Shown here: in pieces, positions 1 through 38,606 of the stretch
Layout: every line of letters begins with the position of its first letter
How positions within the stretch are numbered: position 1 is the first letter of the stretch
From: the human T2T-CHM13v2.0 reference genome, Homo sapiens
Length of the DNA: 64,000 nucleotides
Reading direction: 5' to 3' (one strand)
Assembly: GCF_009914755.1 (NCBI RefSeq)
Contig: NC_060934.1
The notes under the pieces: generated by a model
Databases searched by the model: none
The model's input: only the letters and a program-made list of their open reading frames with translations
What the model was told of the DNA's origin: nothing
Position numbers and translations under genes: made by a program

Positions 1-1
1 C

Positions 2-2167
<2,166 letters not shown>

Positions 2168-2312
2168 GACGCGGGGTTGGGACGGGGTCGGGTGGTTCGG
2201 GGCAGGGCGGTGGCCTCTCTTTCGCGGGGAACGCCTGGCTGGCTACGGAGGGGCGTGTCTCCGCCCCGCCCCCTCCACCGGGCTGACCGGCCTGGGATTC
2301 CTGCCTTCTAGG

Positions 2313-2318
2313 CCTAGG
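2313..2318. other. BlnI/AvrII site CCTAGG (10q-type unit marker); XapI site absent (AAATTG at 875-880); same in all units
   Basis: ttctaggCCTAGGcc in every unit; gtgAAATTGcgg instead of the 4q-type AAATTC. Confidence 0.9.
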
Positions 2319-2772
2319 CCCGGTGAGAGACTCCACACAGCGGAGAACTGCCATTCTTTCCTGGGCATCCCGGGGATCCCAGAGCCGGCCCAGGTACCAG
2401 CAGGTGGGCCGCCTACTGCGCACGCGCGGGTTTGCGGGCAGCCGCCTGGGCTGTGGGAGCAGCCCGGGCAGAGCTCTCCTGCCTCTCCACCAGCCCACCC
2501 CGCCGCCTGACCGCCCCCTCCCCACCCCCACCCCCCGCCCCCGGAAAACGCGTCGTCCCCTGGGCTGGGTGGAGACCCCCGTCCCGCGAAACACCGGGCC
2601 CCGCGCAGCGTCCGGGCCTGACACCGCTCCGGCGGCTCGCCTCCTCTGCGCCCCCGCGCCACCGTGGCCCGCCCGCCCGGGCCCCTGCAGCCGCCCAGGT
2701 GCCAGCACGGAGCGCCTGGCGGCGGAACGCAGACCCCAGGCCCGGCGCACACCGGGGACGCTGAGCGTTCCA

Positions 2773-2975
2773 GGCGGGAGGGAAGGCGGGCAGAGATGGA
2801 GAGAGGAACGGGAGACCTAGAGGGGCGGAAGGATGGGCGGAGGGACGTTAGGAGGGAGGGAGGGAGGCAGGGAGGCAGGGAGGCAGGGAGGAACGGAGGG
2901 AAAGACAGAGCGACGCAGGGACTGGGGGCGGGCGGGAGGGAGCCGGGGACGGGGGGAGGAAGGCAGGGAGGAAAA
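2773..2975 (+). repeat. Purine/G-rich tract ((GGGA)n, GGCAGGGA repeats); present in every complete unit
   Basis: ggagggagggagggaggcagggaggcagggaggcagggagg... Many G3 runs give G-quadruplex potential on the plus strand (inference). Confidence 0.85.
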
Positions 2976-3281
2976 GCGGTCTTCGGCCTCCGGGAGTAGC
3001 GGGACCCCCGCCCTCCGGGAAAACGGTCAGCGTCCGGCGCGGGCTGAGGGCTGGGCCCACAGCCGCCGCGCCGGCCGGCGGGACACCACCCATTCGCCCC
3101 GGTTCCGGGGCCCAGGGAGTGGGCGGTTTCCTCCGGGACAAAAGACCGGGACTCGGGTTGCCGTCGGGTTTTCACCCGCGCGGTTCACAGACCGCACATC
3201 CCCAGGCTGAGCCCTGCAACGCGGCGCGAGGCCGACAGCCCCGGCCACGGAGGAGCCACACGCAGGACGACGGAGGCGTGA

Positions 3282-5477
<2,196 letters not shown>

Positions 5478-6591
5478 GACGCGGGGTTGGGACGGGGTCG
5501 GGTGGTTCGGGGCAGGGCGGTGGCCTCTCTTTCGCGGGGAACGCCTGGCTGGCTACGGAGGGGCGTGTCTCCGCCCCGCCCCCTCCACCGGGCTGACCGG
5601 CCTGGGATTCCTGCCTTCTAGGCCTAGGCCCGGTGAGAGACTCCACACAGCGGAGAACTGCCATTCTTTCCTGGGCATCCCGGGGATCCCAGAGCCGGCC
5701 CAGGTACCAGCAGGTGGGCCGCCTACTGCGCACGCGCGGGTTTGCGGGCAGCCGCCTGGGCTGTGGGAGCAGCCCGGGCAGAGCTCTCCTGCCTCTCCAC
5801 CAGCCCACCCCGCCGCCTGACCGCCCCCTCCCCACCCCCACCCCCCGCCCCCGGAAAACGCGTCGTCCCCTGGGCTGGGTGGAGACCCCCGTCCCGCGAA
5901 ACACCGGGCCCCGCGCAGCGTCCGGGCCTGACACCGCTCCGGCGGCTCGCCTCCTCTGCGCCCCCGCGCCACCGTCGCCCGCCCGCCCGGGCCCCTGCAG
6001 CCGCCCAGGTGCCAGCACGGAGCGCCTGGCGGCGGAACGCAGACCCCAGGCCCGGCGCACACCGGGGACGCTGAGCGTTCCAGGCGGGAGGGAAGGCGGG
6101 CAGAGATGGAGAGAGGAACGGGAGACCTAGAGGGGCGGAAGGATGGGCGGAGGGACGTTAGGAGGGAGGGAGGGAGGCAGGGAGGCAGGGAGGCAGGGAG
6201 GAACGGAGGGAAAGACAGAGCGACGCAGGGACTGGGGGCGGGCGGGAGGGAGCCGGGGACGGGGGGAGGAAGGCAGGGAGGAAAAGCGGTCTTCGGCCTC
6301 CGGGAGTAGCGGGACCCCCGCCCTCCGGGAAAACGGTCAGCGTCCGGCGCGGGCTGAGGGCTGGGCCCACAGCCGCCGCGCCGGCCGGCGGGGCACCACC
6401 CATTCGCCCCGGTTCCGGGGCCCAGGGAGTGGGCGGTTTCCTCCGGGACAAAAGACCGGGACTCGGGTTGCCGTCGGGTTTTCACCCGCGCGGTTCACAG
6501 ACCGCACATCCCCAGGCTGAGCCCTGCAACGCGGCGCGAGGCCGACAGCCCCGGCCACGGAGGAGCCACACGCAGGACGACGGAGGCGTGA

Positions 6592-8787
<2,196 letters not shown>

Positions 8788-10644
8788 GACGCGGGGTTGG
8801 GACGGGGTCGGGTGGTTCGGGGCAGGGCGGTGGCCTCTCTTTCGCGGGGAACGCCTGGCTGGCTACGGAGGGGCGTGTCTCCGCCCCGCCCCCTCCACCG
8901 GGCTGACCGGCCTGGGATTCCTGCCTTCTAGGCCTAGGCCCGGTGAGAGACTCCACACAGCGGAGAACTGCCATTCTTTCCTGGGCATCCCGGGGATCCA
9001 GAGCCGGCCCAGGTACCAGCAGGTGGGCCGCCTACTGCGCACGCGCGGGTTTGCGGGCAGCCGCCTGGGCTGTGGGAGCAGCCCGGCAGAGCTCTCCTGC
9101 CTCTCCACCAGCCCACCCCGCCGCCTGACCGCCCCCTCCCCACCCCCACCCCCCGCCCCCCGGAAAACGCGTCGTCCCCTGGGCTGGGTGGAGACCCCCG
9201 TCCCGCGAAACACCGGGCCCCGCGCAGCGTCCGGGCCTGACACCGCTCCGGCGGCTCGCCTCCTCTGCGCCCCCGCGCCACCGTCGCCCGCCGCCCGGGC
9301 CCCTGCAGCCGCCCAGGTGCCAGCACGGAGCGCCTGGCGGCGGAACGCAGACCCCAGGCCCGGCGCACACCGGGGACGCTGAGCGTTCCAGGCGGGAGGG
9401 AAGGCGGGCAGAGATGGAGAGAGGAACGGGAGACCTAGAGGGGCGGAAGGATGGGCGGAGGGACGTTAGGAGGGAGGGAGGGAGGCAGGGAGGCAGGGAG
9501 GCAGGGAGGAACGGAGGGAAAGACAGAGCGACGCAGGGACTGGGGGCGGGCGGGAGGGAGCCGGGGACGGGGGGAGGAAGGCAGGGAGGAAAAGCGGTCT
9601 TCGGCCTCCGGGAGTAGCGGGACCCCCGCCCTCCGGGGAAAACGGTCAGCGTCCGGCGCGGGCTGAGGGCTGGGCCCACAGCCGCCGCGCCGGCCGGCGG
9701 GGCACCACCCATTCGCCCCGGTTCCGGGGCCAGGGAGTGGGCGGTTTCCTCCGGGACAAAAGACCGGGACTCGGGTTGCCGTCGGGTTTTCACCCGCGCG
9801 GTTCACAGACCGCACATCCCCAGGCTGAGCCCTGCAACGCGGCGCGAGGCCGACAGCCCCGGCCACGGAGGAGCCACACGCAGGACGACGGAGGCGTGAT
9901 TTTGGTTTCCGCGTGGCTTTGCCCTCTGCAAGGCGGCCTGTTGCTCACGTCTCTCCGGCCCCCGAAAGGCTGGCCATGCCGAATGTTTGCTCCCGGAGCT
10001 CTGCGGGCACCCGGAAACATGCAGGGGAGGGTGCAAGCCCGGCACGGTGCCTTCGCTCTCCTTGCCAGGTTCCAAACCGGCCACACTGCAGACTCCCCAC
10101 GTTGCCGCACGCGGGAATCCATCGTCAGGCCATCACGCCGGGAGGCATCTCCTCTCTGGGGTCTCGCTCTGGTCTTCTACGTGGAAATGAACGAGAGCCA
10201 CACGCCTGCGTGTGCGAGACCGTCCCGGCAACGGCGACGCCCACAGGCATTGCCTCCTTCACGGAGAGAGGGCCTGGCACACTCAAGACTCCCACGGAGG
10301 TTCAGTTCCACACTCCCCTCCACCCTCCCAGGCTGGTTTCTCCCTGCTGCCGACGCGTGGGAGCCCAGAGAGCGGCTTCCCGTTCCCGCGGGATCCCTGG
10401 AGAGGTCCGGAGAGCCGGCCCCCGAAACGCGCCCCCCTCCCCCCTCCCCCCTCTCCCCCTTCCTCTTCGTCTCTCCGGCCCCACCACCACCACCGCCACC
10501 ACGCCCTCCCCCACCACCCCCCCACCCCACACCACCACCACCACCACCACCACCACCACCCCGCCGGCCGGCCCCAGGCCTCGACGCCCTGGGTCCCTTC
10601 CGGGGTGGGGCGGGCTGTCCCAGGGGGCTCACCGCCATTCATGA

Positions 10645-12093
<1,449 letters not shown>

Positions 12094-13208
12094 GACGCGG
12101 GGTTGGGACGGGGTCGGGTGGTTCGGGGCAGGGCGGTGGCCTCTCTTTCGCGGGGAACGCCTGGCTGGCTACGGAGGGGCGTGTCTCCGCCCCGCCCCCT
12201 CCACCGGGCTGACCGGCCTGGGATTCCTGCCTTCTAGGCCTAGGCCCGGTGAGAGACTCCACACAGCGGAGAACTGCCATTCTTTCCTGGGCATCCCGGG
12301 GATCCCAGAGCCGGCCCAGGTACCAGCAGGTGGGCCGCCTACTGCGCACGCGCGGGTTTGCGGGCAGCCGCCTGGGCTGTGGGAGCAGCCCGGGCAGAGC
12401 TCTCCTGCCTCTCCACCAGCCCACCCCGCCGCCTGACCGCCCCCTCCCCACCCCCACCCCCCGCCCCCGGAAAACGCGTCGTCCCCTGGGCTGGGTGGAG
12501 ACCCCCGTCCCGCGAAACACCGGGCCCCGCGCAGCGTCCGGGCCTGACACCGCTCCGGCGGCTCGCCTCCTCTGCGCCCCCGCGCCACCGTGGCCCGCCC
12601 GCCCGGGCCCCTGCAGCCGCCCAGGTGCCAGCACGGAGCGCCTGGAGGCGGAACGCAGACCCCAGGCCCGGCGCACACCGGGGACGCTGAGCGTTCCAGG
12701 CGGGAGGGAAGGCGGGCAGAGATGGAGAGAGGAACGGGAGACCTAGAGGGGCGGAAGGATGGGCGGAGGGACGTTAGGAGGGAGGGAGGGAGGCAGGGAG
12801 GCAGGGAGGCAGGGAGGAACGGAGGGAAAGACAGAGCGACGCAGGGACTGGGGGCGGGCGGGAGGGAGCCGGGGACGGGGGGAGGAAGGCAGGGAGGAAA
12901 AGCGGTCTTCGGCCTCCGGGAGTAGCGGGACCCCCGCCCTCCGGGAAAACGGTCAGCGTCCGGCGCGGGCTGAGGGCTGGGCCCACAGCCGCCGCGCCGG
13001 CCGGCGGGGCACCACCCATTCGCCCCGGTTCCGGGGCCCAGGGAGTGGGCGGTTTCCTCCGGGACAAAAGACCGGGACTCGGGTTGCCGTCGGGTTTTCA
13101 CCCGCGCGGTTCACAGACCGCACATCCCCAGGCTGAGCCCTGCAACGCGGCGCGAGGGCCGACAGCCCCGGCCACGGAGGAGCCACACGCAGGACGACGG
13201 AGGCGTGA

Positions 13209-15404
<2,196 letters not shown>

Positions 15405-16810
15405 GACGCGGGGTTGGGACGGGGTCGGGTGGTTCGGGGCAGGGCGGTGGCCTCTCTTTCGCGGGGAACGCCTGGCTGGCTACGGAGGGGCGTGTCTCCG
15501 CCCCGCCCCCTCCACCGGGCTGACCGGCCTGGGATTCCTGCCTTCTAGGCCTAGGCCCGGTGAGAGACTCCACACAGCGGAGAACTGCCATTCTTTCCTG
15601 GGCATCCCGGGGATCCCAGAGCCGGCCCAGGTACCAGCAGGTGGGCCGCCTACTGCGCACGCGCGGGTTTGCGGGCAGCCGCCTGGGCTGTGGGAGCAGC
15701 CCGGGCAGAGCTCTCCTGCCTCTCCACCAGCCCACCCCGCCGCCTGACCGCCCCCTCCCCACCCCCACCCCCCGCCCCCGGAAAACGCGTCGTCCCCTGG
15801 GCTGGGTGGAGACCCCCGTCCCGCGAAACACCGGGCCCCGCGCAGCGTCCGGGCCTGACACCGCTCCGGCGGCTCGCCTCCTCTGCGCCCCCGCGCCACC
15901 GTCGCCCGCCCGCCCGGGCCCCTGCAGCCGCCCAGGTGCCAGCACGGAGCGCCTGGCGGCGGAACGCAGACCCCAGGCCCGGCGCACACCGGGGACGCTG
16001 AGCGTTCCAGGCGGGAGGGAAGGCGGGCAGAGATGGAGAGAGGAACGGGAGACCTAGAGGGGCGGAAGGATGGGCGGAGGGACGTTAGGAGGGAGGGAGG
16101 GAGGCAGGGAGGCAGGGAGGCAGGGAGGAACGGAGGGAAAGACAGAGCGACGCAGGGACTGGGGGCGGGCGGGAGGGAGCCGGGGACGGGGGGAGGAAGG
16201 CAGGGAGGAAAAGCGGTCTTCGGCCTCCGGGAGTAGCGGGACCCCCGCCCTCCGGGAAAACGGTCAGCGTCCGGCGCGGGCTGAGGGCTGGGCCCACAGC
16301 CGCCGCGCCGGCCGGCGGGGCACCACCCATTCGCCCCGGTTCCGGGGCCCAGGGAGTGGGCGGTTTCCTCCGGGACAAAAGACCGGGACTCGGGTTGCCG
16401 TCGGGTTTTCACCCGCGCGGTTCACAGACCGCACATCCCCAGGCTGAGCCCTGCAACGCGGCGCGAGGCCGACAGCCCCGGCCACGGAGGAGCCACACGC
16501 AGGACGACGGAGGCGTGATTTTGGTTTCCGCGTGGCTTTGCCCTCTGCAAGGCGGCCTGTTGCTCACGTCTCTCCGGCCCCCGAAAGGCTGGCCATGCCG
16601 ACTGTTTGCTCCCGGAGCTCTGCGGGCACCCGGAAACATGCAGGGGAGGGTGCAAGCCCGGCACGGTGCCTTCGCTCTCCTTGCCAGGTTCCAAACCGGC
16701 CACACTGCAGACTCCCCACGTTGCCGCACGCGGGAATCCATCGTCAGGCCATCACGCCGGGGAGGCATCTCCTCTCTGGGGTCTCGCTCTGGTCTTCTAC
16801 GTGGAAATGA

Positions 16811-18722
<1,912 letters not shown>

Positions 18723-19772
18723 GACGCGGGGTTGGGACGGGGTCGGGTGGTTCGGGGCAGGGCGGTGGCCTCTCTTTCGCGGGGAACGCCTGGCTGGCTA
18801 CGGAGGGGCGTGTCTCCGCCCCCGCCCCTCCACCGGGCTGACCGGCCTGGGATTCCTGCCTTCTAGGCCTAGGCCCGGTGAGAGACTCCACACAGCGGAG
18901 AACTGCCATTCTTTCCTGGGCATCCCGGGGATCCCAGAGCCGGCCCAGGTACCAGCAGGTGGGCCGCCTACTGCGCACGCGCGGGTTTGCGGGCAGCCGC
19001 CTGGGCTGTGGGAGCAGCCCGGGCAGAGCTCTCCTGCCTCTCCACCAGCCCACCCCGCCGCCTGACCGCCCCCTCCCCACCCCCACCCCCCCGCCCCCGG
19101 AAAACGCGTCGTCCCCTGGGCTGGGTGGAGACCCCCGTCCCGCGAAACACCGGGCCCCGCGCAGCGTCCGGGCCTGACCACCGCTCCGGCGGCTCGCCTC
19201 CTCTGCGCCCCCGCGCCACCGTGGCCCGCCCGCCCGGGCCCCTGCAGCCGCCCAGGTGCCAGCACGGAGCGCCTGGCGGCGGAACGCAGACCCCAGGCCC
19301 GGCGCACACCGGGGACGCTGAGCGTTCCAGGCGGGAGGGAAGGCGGGCAGAGATGGAGAGAGGAACGGGAGACCTAGAGGGGCGGAAGGATGGGCGGAGG
19401 GACGTTAGGAGGGAGGGAGGGAGGCAGGGAGGCAGGGAGGCAGGGAGGAACGGAGGGAAAGACAGAGCGACGCAGGGACTGGGGGCGGGCGGGAGGGAGC
19501 CGGGGACGGGGGGAGGAAGGCAGGGAGGAAAAGCGGTCTTCGGCCTCCGGGAGTAGCGGGACCCCCGCCCTCCGGGAAAACGGTCAGCGTCCGGCGCGGG
19601 CTGAGGGGCTTGGGCCCACAGCCGCCGCGCCGGCCGGCGGGACACCACCCATTCGCCCCCGGTTCCGGGGCCCAGGGAGTGGGCGGTTTCCTCCGGGACA
19701 AAAGACCGGGACTCGGGGTTGCCGTCGGGTTTTTCACCCGCGCGGTTCACAGACCGCACATCCCCAGGCTGA

Positions 19773-22045
<2,273 letters not shown>

Positions 22046-23452
22046 GACGCGGGGTTGGGACGGGGTCGGGTGGTTCGGGGCAGGGCGGTGGCCTCTCTTT
22101 CGCGGGGAACGCCTGGCTGGCTACGGAGGGGCGTGTCTCCGCCCCGCCCCCTCCACCGGGCTGACCGGCCTGGGATTCCTGCCTTCTAGGCCTAGGCCCG
22201 GTGAGAGACTCCACACAGCGGAGAACTGCCATTCTTTCCTGGGCATCCCGGGGATCCCAGAGCCGGCCCAGGTACCAGCAGGTGGGGCCCGCCTACTGCG
22301 CACGCGCGGGTTTGCGGGCAGCCGCCTGGGCTGTGGGAGCAGCCCGGGCAGAGCTCTCCTGCCTCTCCACCAGCCCACCCCGCCGCCTGACCGCCCCCTC
22401 CCCACCCCCACCCCCCGCCCCCGGAAAACGCGTCGTCCCCTGGGCTGGGTGGAGACCCCCGTCCCGCGAAACACCGGGCCCCGCGCAGCGTCCGGGCCTG
22501 ACACCGCTCCGGCGGCTCGCCTCCTCTGCGCCCCCGCGCCACCGTGGCCCGCCCGCCCGGGCCCCTGCAGCCGCCCAGGTGCCAGCACGGAGCGCCTGGC
22601 GGCGGAACGCAGACCCCAGGCCCGGCGCACACCGGGGACGCTGAGCGTTCCAGGCGGGAGGGAAGGCGGGCAGAGATGGAGAGAGGAACGGGAGACCTAG
22701 AGGGGCGGAAGGATGGGCGGAGGGACGTTAGGAGGGAGGGAGGGAGGCAGGGAGGCAGGGAGGCAGGGAGGAACGGAGGGAAAGACAGAGCGACGCAGGG
22801 ACTGGGGGCGGGCGGGAGGGAGCCGGGGACGGGGGGAGGAAGGCAGGGAGGAAAAGCGGTCTTCGGCCTCCGGGAGTAGCGGGACCCCCGCCCTCCGGGA
22901 AAACGGTCAGCGTCCGGCGCGGGCTGAGGGCTGGGCCCACAGCCGCCGCGCCGGCCGGCGGGACACCACCCATACGCCCCGGTTCCGGGGCCCAGGGAGT
23001 GGGCGGTTTCCTCGGGACAAAAGACCGGGACTCGGGTTGCCGTCGGGTTTTCACCCGCGCGGTTCACAGACCGCACATCCCCAGGCTGAGCCCTGCAACG
23101 CGGCGCGAGGCCGACAGCCCCGGCCACGGAGGAGCCACACGCAGGACGACGGAGGCGTGATTTTGGTTTCCGCGTGGCTTTGCCCTCTGCAAGGCGGCCT
23201 GTTGCTCACGTCTCTCCGGCCCCCGAAAGGCTGGCCATGCCGACTGTTTGCTCCCGGAGCTCTGCGGGCACCCGGAAACATGCAGGGGAGGGTGCAAGCC
23301 CGGCACGGTGCCTTCGCTCTCCTTGCCAGGTTCCAAACCGGCCACACTGCAGACTCCCCACGTTGCCGCACGCGGGAATCCATCGTCAGGCCATCACGCC
23401 GGGGAGGCATCTCCTCTCTGGGGTCTCGCTCTGGTCTTCTACGTGGAAATGA

Positions 23453-25362
<1,910 letters not shown>

Positions 25363-26769
25363 GACGCGGGGTTTGGGACGGGGTCGGGTGGTTCGGGGCA
25401 GGGCGGTGGCCTCTCTTTCGCGGGGAACGCCTGGCTGGCTACGGAGGGGCGTGTCTCCGCCCCGCCCCCTCCACCGGGCTGACCGGCCTGGGATTCCTGC
25501 CTTCTAGGCCTAGGCCCGGTGAGAGACTCCACACAGCGGAGAACTGCCATTCTTTCCTGGGCATCCCGGGGATCCCAGAGCCGGCCCAGGTACCAGCAGG
25601 TGGGCCGCCTACTGCGCACTGCGCGGGTTTGCGGGCAGGCCGCCTGGCTGTGGAGCAGCCCGGGCAGAGCTCTCCTGCCTCTCCACCAGCCCACCCCGCC
25701 GCCTGACCGCCCCCTCCCCACCCCCACCCCCCGCCCCCGGAAAACGCGTCGTCCCCTGGGCTGGGTGGAGACCCCCGTCCCGCGAAACACCGGGCCCCGC
25801 GCAGCGTCCGGGCCTGACACCGCTCCGGCGGCTCGCCTCCTCTGCGCCCCCGCGCCACCGTCGCCCGCCCGCCCGGGCCCCTGCAGCCGCCCAGGTGCCA
25901 GCACGGAGCGCCTGGCGGCGGAACGCAGACCCCAGGCCCGGCGCACACCGGGGACGCTGAGCGTTCCAGGCGGGAGGGAAGGCGGGCAGAGATGGAGAGA
26001 GGAACGGGAGACCTAGAGGGGCGGAAGGATGGGCGGAGGGACGTTAGGAGGGAGGGAGGGAGGCAGGGAGGCAGGGAGGCAGGGAGGAACGGAGGGAAAG
26101 ACAGAGCGACGCAGGGACTGGGGGCGGGCGGGAGGGAGCCGGGGACGGGGGGAGGAAGGCAGGGAGGAAAAGCGGTCTTCGGCCTCCGGGAGTAGCGGGA
26201 CCCCCGCCCTCCGGGAAAACGGTCAGCGTCCGGCGCGGGCTGAGGGCTGGGCCCACAGCCGCCGCGCCGGCCGGCGGGGCACCACCCATTCGCCCCGGTT
26301 CCGGGGCCCAGGGAGTGGGCGGTTTCCTCCGGGACAAAAGACCGGGACTCGGGTTGCCGTCGGGTTTTCACCCGCGCGGTTCACAGACCGCACATCCCCA
26401 GGCTGAGCCCTGCAACGCGGCGCGAGGCCGACAGCCCCGGCCACGGAGGAGCCACACGCAGGACGACGGAGGCGTGATTTTGGTTTCCGCGTGGCTTTGC
26501 CCTCTGCAAGGCGGCCTGTTGCTCACGTCTCTCCGGCCCCCGAAAGGCTGGCCATGCCGACTGTTTGCTCCCGGAGCTCTGCGGGCACCCGGAAACATGC
26601 AGGGGAGGGTGCAAGCCCGGCACGGTGCCTTCGCTCTCCTTGCCAGGTTCCAAACCGGCCACACTGCAGACTCCCCACGTTGCCGCACGCGGGAATCCAT
26701 CGTCAGGCCATCACGCCGGGGAGGCATCTCCTCTCTGGGGTCTCGCTCTGGTCTTCTACGTGGAAATGA

Positions 26770-28674
<1,905 letters not shown>

Positions 28675-29357
28675 GACGCGGGGTTGGGACGGGGTCGGGT
28701 GGTTCGGGGCAGGGCGGTGGCCTCTCTTTCGCGGGGAACGCCTGGCTGGCTACGGAGGGGCGTGTCTCCGCCCCGCCCCCTCCACCGGGCTGACCGGCCT
28801 GGGATTCCTGCCTTCTAGGCCTAGGCCCGGTGAGAGACTCCACACAGCGGAGAACTGCCATTCTTTCCTGGGCATCCCGGGGATCCCAGAGCCGGCCAGG
28901 TACCAGCAGGTGGGCCGCCTACTGCGCACGCGCGGGTTTGCGGGCAGCCGCCTGGGCTGTGGGAGCAGCCCGGGCAGAGCTCTCCTGCCTCTCCACCAGC
29001 CCACCCCGCCGCCTGACCGCCCCCTCCCCACCCCCACCCCCCGCCCCCGGAAAACGCGTCGTCCCCTGGGCTGGGTGGAGACCCCCGTCCCGCGAAACAC
29101 CGGGCCCCGCGCAGCGTCCGGGCCTGACACCGCTCCGGCGGCTCGCCTCCTCTGCGCCCCCGCGCCACCGTCGCCCGCCCGCCCGGGCCCCTGCAGCCGC
29201 CCAGGTGCCAGCACGGAGCGCCTGGCGGCGGAACGCAGACCCCAGGCCCGGCGCACACCGGGGACGCTGAGCGTTCCAGGCGGGAGGGAAGGCGGGCAGA
29301 GATGGAGAGAGGAACGGGAGACCTAGAGGGGCGGAAGGATGGGCGGAGGGACGTTAG

Positions 29358-31985
<2,628 letters not shown>

Positions 31986-33100
31986 GACGCGGGGTTGGGA
32001 CGGGGTCGGGTGGTTCGGGGCAGGGCGGTGGCCTCTCTTTCGCGGGGAACGCCTGGCTGGCTACGGAGGGGCGTGTCTCCGCCCCGCCCCCTCCACCGGG
32101 CTGACCGGCCTGGGATTCCTGCCTTCTAGGCCTAGGCCCGGTGAGAGACTCCACACAGCGGAGAACTGCCATTCTTTCCTGGGCATCCCGGGGATCCCAG
32201 AGCCGGCCCAGGTACCAGCAGGTGGGCCGCCTACTGCGCACGCGCGGGTTTGCGGGCAGCCGCCTGGGCTGTGGGAGCAGCCCGGGCAGAGCTCTCCTGC
32301 CTCTCCACCAGCCCACCCCGCCGCCTGACCGCCCCCTCCCCACCCCCACCCCCCGCCCCCGGAAAACGCGTCGTCCCCTGGGCTGGGTGGAGACCCCCGT
32401 CCCGCGAAACACCGGGCCCCGCGCAGCGTCCGGGCCTGACACCGCTCCGGCGGCTCGCCTCCTCTGCGCCCCCGCGCCACCGTGGCCCGCCCGCCCGGGC
32501 CCCTGCAGCCGCCCAGGTGCCAGCACGGAGCGCCTGGCGGCGGAACGCAGACCCCAGGCCCGGCGCACACCGGGGACGCTGAGCGTTCCAGGCGGGAGGG
32601 AAGGCGGGCAGAGATGGAGAGAGGAACGGGAGACCTAGAGGGGCGGAAGGATGGGCGGAGGGACGTTAGGAGGGAGGGAGGGAGGCAGGGAGGCAGGGAG
32701 GCAGGGAGGAACGGAGGGAAAGACAGAGCGACGCAGGGACTGGGGGCGGGCGGGAGGGAGCCGGGGACGGGGGGAGGAAGGCAGGGAGGAAAAGCGGTCT
32801 TCGGCCTCCGGGAGTAGCGGGACCCCCGCCCTCCGGGGAAAACGGTCAGCGTCCGGCGCGGGCTGAGGGCTGGGCCCACAGCCGCCGCGCCGGCCGGCGG
32901 GACACCACCCATTCGCCCCGGTTCCGGGGCCCAGGGAGTGGGCGGTTTCCTCCGGGACAAAAGACCGGGACTCGGGTTGCCGTCGGGTTTTCACCCGCGC
33001 GGTTCACAGACCGCACATCCCCAGGCTGAGCCCTGCAACGCGGCGCGAGGCCGACAGCCCCGGCCACGGAGGAGCCACACGCAGGACGACGGAGGCGTGA

Positions 33101-35296
<2,196 letters not shown>

Positions 35297-36410
35297 GACG
35301 CGGGGTTGGGACGGGGTCGGGTGGTTCGGGGCAGGGCGGTGGCCTCTCTTTCGCGGGGAACGCCTGGCTGGCTACGGAGGGGCGTGTCTCCGCCCCGCCC
35401 CCTCCACCGGGCTGACCGGCCTGGGATTCCTGCCTTCTAGGCCTAGGCCCGGTGAGAGACTCCACACAGCGGAGAACTGCCATTCTTTCCTGGGCATCCC
35501 GGGGATCCCAGAGCCGGCCCAGGTACCAGCAGGTGGGCCGCCTACTGCGCACGCGCGGGTTTGCGGGCAGCCGCCTGGGCTGTGGGAGCAGCCCGGGCAG
35601 AGCTCTCCTGCCTCTCCACCAGCCCACCCCGCCGCCTGACCGCCCCCTCCCCACCCCCACCCCCCGCCCCCGGAAAACGCGTCGTCCCCTGGGCTGGGTG
35701 GAGACCCCCGTCCCGCGAAACACCGGGCCCCGCGCAGCGTCCGGGCCTGACACCGCTCCGGCGGCTCGCCTCCTCTGCGCCCCCGCGCCACCGTGGCCCG
35801 CCCGCCCGGGCCCCTGCAGCCGCCCAGGTGCCAGCACGGAGCGCCTGGCGGCGGAACGCAGACCCCAGGCCCGGCGCACACCGGGGACGCTGAGCGTTCC
35901 AGGCGGGAGGGAAGGCGGGCAGAGATGGAGAGAGGAACGGGAGACCTAGAGGGGCGGAAGGATGGGCGGAGGGACGTTAGGAGGGAGGGAGGGAGGCAGG
36001 GAGGCAGGGAGGCAGGGAGGAACGGAGGGAAAGACAGAGCGACGCAGGGACTGGGGGCGGGCGGGAGGGAGCCGGGGACGGGGGGAGGAAGGCAGGGAGG
36101 AAAAGCGGTCTTCGGCCTCCGGGAGTAGCGGGACCCCCGCCCTCCGGGAAAACGGTCAGCGTCCGGCGCGGGCTGAGGGCTGGGCCCACAGCCGCCGCGC
36201 CGGCCGGCGGGACACCACCCATTCGCCCCGGTTCCGGGGCCCAGGGAGTGGGCGGTTTCCTCCGGGACAAAAGACCGGGACTCGGGTTGCCGTCGGGTTT
36301 TCACCCGCGCGGTTCACAGACCGCACATCCCCAGGCTGAGCCCTGCAACGCGGCGCGAGGCCGACAGCCCCGGCCACGGAGGAGCCACACGCAGGACGAC
36401 GGAGGCGTGA

Positions 36411-38606
<2,196 letters not shown>

